A DNA stretch of 12,442 nucleotides from Paraphysomonas bandaiensis (taxonomy: Eukaryota; Protista; Chrysophyceae), in NCBI GenBank assembly GCA_965644295.1, contig CBFFRP010000062.1:1-12442 (forward strand), read 5' to 3'. The notes under the pieces are model-generated. The model ran no database searches and was not told the origin of the DNA. It saw nothing but the letters and a program-made list of their open reading frames with translations. The position numbers and the translations under genes are program-made. Positions 8,421-12,442 of this stretch are shown here, one piece after another. Position 1 is the stretch's first letter, and each line of letters starts with the position of its first letter.

Positions 8421-10029
8421 ATGATCACCACTCCTTCCATCTCGATGAGCTGTCAGCAGCCTGATGATTGCAGTGATCAGACATCAGATTCAACGGTCCT
8501 CTTAACAGACAGTGTATGTTGTTATATCTTATATCGTACAGTGTAAGTGGCCCTGTATAGGACGAGATGATCATTAAGGCCGAAAGTGATGAGGAGAGAG
8601 TGATCTGCAATTGTAGAAAATCCAGATGCTTGAAACTGTGAGACTAAGATCGTACTTTGTAAACTACACGTTCTAATCTCACATATTTTACTTGAATAGG
8701 TACTGCCAATGTTTTGCGGCTAAAATTGTTTGTAATTCATGCTGCCATTGCATTGATTGTGCGAATATTGTGGGCAATGAGGAGGCTCGTGAAAATGCAG
8801 TGAAGGTGATTTTGGAAAGGAATCCTAATGCCTTCGATTGCAAGTTTAAGAAAACGGTATTGTCGAATTGTTACATTTAATTTAATAAAATTATTTCAGG
8901 AAGCCGTTTCTACTCTATCTCACAAGACAGGTTGTCGATGTCGCAAGTCTATGTGCTTGAAGAAGTATTGCGAGTGCTTCAACGTTAGTTCTCTCGCTCT
9001 GGTTTGTGACCTCATTTTTCTGTTGTCAGGAGGGTGTACTCTGTAGTTCCAGCTGTTCATGCTTGCATTGTGCGAATGATGGAAGTGGACGGATTCCTGC
9101 CAAGAGTACGAAAGAGCTGCGAGATAGGTGTCTATATCCAAGTATTGCATACTTTAAAAAAATCTAAAAATACTTTCGCAAGTCGGATCGCGATGAGGGC
9201 ATCCCCTAGCAGCGATGATATTCGTGCAGCAGCAGAGGTACGTAATACAAATGTCGCTAACTCCAAACTCTTCCCACTATATTTAAATGCACAGACACTA
9301 TTACAGGCCCGTGACATTAAGCAGAAGACGGTCGTCGAAGTTGGTGGGCTATATACCTCCAGAACAAGTAAACGGAAGCGTCAACGTCAACGGATGGAAC
9401 AGGGAAATAATCAGTGTCAGACGAAAGATTTCCAAGCACCCTTGTTTTCAACTGAGCGTCCTTCTATCCTTTCCCGGTTATCGTCTCTACCACAGCACCC
9501 TCGTGTCGTATGCAATAAGCCCACCCCTTCTGATCACCCCACCACCACGAAATCTACCTGTGCTTCTCAGCAACAGAAGCTGGATTGCTCTATTTCTCTC
9601 CGCAATGCCTTACCGCGGAGTCTCGGTTGCACCTCTGCTTTCTCTCTTCTCAGCAGGCATAGCCTGCGTCCCCGGTCCCTGGGTACTCTTCCCACCCACT
9701 TGTGGGAAACTAACCAACTGCAATATACAAGTGGCCGCAGTTCGGAGAGCGCCCCGTTCGACTCTCTTTCGAATGTTATCCAAAGGTCATCATCGTTGTC
9801 CTCGCAGGACAGCGCGTACTCTGAGGATATTGGGGCACCACGCAATGATCACCGTTCCATGAACCTTCATGGTGTTGGAAAGTTGTACAGCCAGCACATT
9901 TTAGCCTCTACAAATGATATTAAGTATCTATTCCCCAATTCTAAAGATGACGCAGTGATTTATGTTGGACAAACTGACAAGCCCAATATCTGGAAAAAAA
10001 CCGTACTTGATGCAATGGAATTTATCTAG
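8421..10029 (+). CDS. Tesmin/TSO1/LIN54-like CRC (CXC-RNP-CXC) domain protein, predicted 7 exons, about 432 aa
   Basis: Predicted exons: 8421-8513, 8561-8637, 8700-8856, 8900-8983, 9030-9127, 9183-9237, 9295-10029. The spliced product contains [33 protein letters not shown], the linker RNPNAFDCKF and [37 protein letters not shown], which is the canonical CRC domain. A Ser/Pro-rich tail follows with a basic NLS-like KRKRQRQR. The first exon and last two introns are less certain. Confidence 0.9.
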
Positions 10030-10968
10030 CATTTATTTCAATGAATTTTTTGAGAATATGCGATGCGAATATGAAACGCCTGTCTGCTATTGGCTAGATG
10101 TTTGATCGATCTAGCATTGTTGCTGGCTTGCTTACAGAAATATATGTGTTTATATAATTCAGTCGTAGTAACATGCCCACTGTGTGGTTCATGTTTATAT
10201 CTCCTACAGCATATAGGGGGAATGCTTGATTTATTTGTATTATTACTTGTAACTACTCGTTGGTATCATGTGCTGCGTGTAGTGATACTATTTATAAACT
10301 GTTGTTGAGTTCTCTGTACCATGTCGAAAAGGGTTTCTAAGTGAATGAATGATTGTCACCACTGAGTCATAGCTCATCAAACTTATAGTTTTAGAACTCA
10401 GTGGTAAACATATGTAGTACAACAGTATCACTGGATAATTTATCATTTACCTATGACCAATTGTTCATATTCATGATTGTGATTAGTACCTTTGTACGAA
10501 TATTTTCACACTCTCGCATCTTTACTGGGTTCACTTCTTCAATTTTCCGCAAATTTATTATCTGAGTTTTATTGTCATTACTCACCATTCATTAGTTTTG
10601 TCATCTCCTTATAGCTATGACAGTAACACAGGTATAATAGTATCGTGTTTTTTCTCTCAAATACGTTTTATGTTCTAGTCTCTCATTGTCGAAGAAACAA
10701 GTATTCCCAGAGATATGTGTATGGTTTCAATTATTTACCAAAGAGTATTGACATTCATCTAATGAACCGCTTAAGAACGAAGTAATAGGTACATGACAAA
10801 TGCTTGCAATCAACTCGTCGTGCGTCGTGCATGGTAAAGTGGCAATAACTAAGCGCTTGCAGTATACAAACGACATGATCTAGTTAAACTTATAGGCAAA
10901 TAAAACAGTAGAAGAAAATATGACTAGTGTTCCAGATTTTCAACTCTATACTGAAGTATATGCAAAGC

Positions 10969-12442
10969 CTACAAGTATGTATTGCTACACTGTAATTTGC
11001 ACCAGCATACATATATATCATCAAGTGTCAATGGACTGTTGAAAAGAAAAAAGTTTGATGGATCTATGTCCCGCTTCAGTGTCACTAGCCTGTCGTAGTT
11101 GACCCCATAATACGCCTGCTGCCAGTCTTCCAAAAGGCCATCGATGTAGTTTAAATAGGACCCGGATAAATACGGCTCTATGATGGAGCGCACGTGCTTT
11201 ACCCAGGCGACATTCTCAGCTTCCTCGTCCGGATTCTCCCATATACCCTTAATTTGGATGAGAAGCTGCACATCTCGATGTGGGAAGGCGGTAGCATTCG
11301 GTGGAAACTCTGCAATACGTCCTCCACCCACGTGGAATAGGATGAGGTTTCTCTTGGAGGGAGCATGCTGCAGCGCACTAGTCAGGCGAGCGGCAAGAGA
11401 AGAAGTCATTGCTCCAGGCAAAAGAATCCCGGATGTTAGATACAGATATCCGCCTTGGGCATCTGTCACATCCACGTTAGCGAGCTGCCAAGGAATGAAC
11501 CCTGTGGCTGCGACAGAGTTCGTTTCGGGTGGATATCGCGCCACAAGTGGGTCAATTATAGGTTGGCACTCCGATTCGGGATCGCCGTTGCATACTACAG
11601 TACAGCAGAACATTCGCTGCTCCTCCTCGTTACTTTGTCCCTCCATCAGTAGCCACACTGGGACGATGTCCATCCAGGTCGGCATACGAGGCCAATAATC
11701 CAGCCACCAAACCCACAGCTGTTCCACTGTTGGCTGGTCGAAAGGGGGCCAGCACAGCTCCCCTATCCACATAACTTGGGACCGAGGCTTAGGTGCTTTG
11801 ATAATGAATGAAGACACTACACCGAAATTCCCTCCACCTCCCCCTTTAGAGCCCCAGAATAGTTCTGGATTCTGCTCTGCGCTGGCTGTGACAACAGACC
11901 CATTCGAAAGCACCACTCGCATACTAACTATGTTGTCACAGGCAAGACCATAAGATCGCGACAAAAAACTCCAGCCGCCACCCAATAGAAATCCACCAGC
12001 GCCGACGGTGGGACATCCGCCGCCGATTGGAACATATCGGCTCTCATAGGCAGCCTTATATATATCCTCCCATAGTGCTCCGGCCTCCACGTAGAACTCA
12101 GCATCCCTTTCTCCCTGTGATACCATATAGACCGATTTAATATATCGGGAAAGGTCAACAGTCAAGCCGCCTCGAGCCAAACAGTACCCGTTGGCAGAGT
12201 GTCCGCCAGAAAGTACTGAGAAAGATGTATTGCACACCTGGGCGGCCAAAACCGACAAAGAAATATCAGCCTCACTCATCGGCGCAACAACAAGCAGTGG
12301 ATATTGGATCGCGCGCCTATTATCGATATCAATGGCTTGGCTGTAGGAAGAGGAGTTAGGGAAATCAATGGAGCCGTCAAATCCATTGGCTCTGAGATAG
12401 CGGTCCAGACAATTGGACGATATGGCCGCTGGGTGGGTTTTA
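10969..12442 (-). CDS. FAD-linked oxidoreductase, berberine-bridge-enzyme-like (FAD_binding_4 + BBE domain); 5' end beyond right edge
   Basis: The frame stays open upstream of the annotated ATG to the window edge (KTHPAAISSNCLDRYL...DNRRAIQYPLLVVAP). Motifs: SGGHS, GGCPTVGAGGFLLGGG, ELFWGSKGGGGGNFGVV and the C-terminal SYLNYID...YYGVNYDRLVTLKRDIDPSNFF. A possible terminal 42-bp intron (10969-11010) would change the last residues. Confidence 0.9.
   Translation of the reverse strand, partial: KTHPAAISSNCLDRYLRANGFDGSIDFPNSSSYSQAIDIDNRRAIQYPLLVVAPMSEADISLSVLAAQVCNTSFSVLSGGHSANGYCLARGGLTVDLSRYIKSVYMVSQGERDAEFYVEAGALWEDIYKAAYESRYVPIGGGCPTVGAGGFLLGGGWSFLSRSYGLACDNIVSMRVVLSNGSVVTASAEQNPELFWGSKGGGGGNFGVVSSFIIKAPKPRSQVMWIGELCWPPFDQPTVEQLWVWWLDYWPRMPTWMDIVPVWLLMEGQSNEEEQRMFCCTVVCNGDPESECQPIIDPLVARYPPETNSVAATGFIPWQLANVDVTDAQGGYLYLTSGILLPGAMTSSLAARLTSALQHAPSKRNLILFHVGGGRIAEFPPNATAFPHRDVQLLIQIKGIWENPDEEAENVAWVKHVRSIIEPYLSGSYLNYIDGLLEDWQQAYYGVNYDRLVTLKRDIDPSNFFLFNSPLTLDDIYVCWCKLQCSNTYL

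Noticed and set aside
9034-9294. N-terminal part of ORF 9034-10029 as an independent gene start
   Set aside because: It overlaps the CRC exon in another frame plus intron sequence. The ORF is better explained as the last exons of the CRC gene.
10030-10968. ORF 10090-10308 and a small hairpin GCTAGAT/ATCTAGC (10093-10115) in the convergent intergenic region
   Set aside because: AT-rich 3' UTR/intergenic sequence with no coding signal. A 7-bp stem is not significant.
11180-11698. 172-aa plus-strand ORF
   Set aside because: Antisense to the well-supported BBE-like CDS, with no motifs of its own.

Overview
Eukaryotic (protist-like) genomic DNA with very short spliceosomal introns (about 43-62 bp). 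It contains four things. (1) A minus-strand, 10-exon P1B-1 Cu(I)-transporting ATPase (4778 to beyond the left edge) whose N-terminus has a tandemly duplicated block of heavy-metal-associated (HMA) domains, including atypical CxxxC motifs. (2) A complete, apparently intact 3,104-bp pogo/Tigger-type DNA transposon (5084-8187) with perfect 21-bp TIRs, TA target duplications, subterminal motif copies, a spliced 527-aa DD31D transposase and about 1.3 kb of unexplained non-coding sequence. It sits in the short shared upstream region of two divergent genes. (3) A plus-strand, 7-exon tesmin/TSO1/LIN54-type CRC-domain gene (8421-10029). (4) A minus-strand berberine-bridge-enzyme-like FAD oxidoreductase that runs off the right edge. 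I found no clear evidence of a wholly new system. The strongest leads are the transposon's end architecture, insertion site and non-coding tail, and the patchy homogenisation of the ATPase HMA repeats. All exon models were derived by hand from GT/GC-AG sites and frame continuity.
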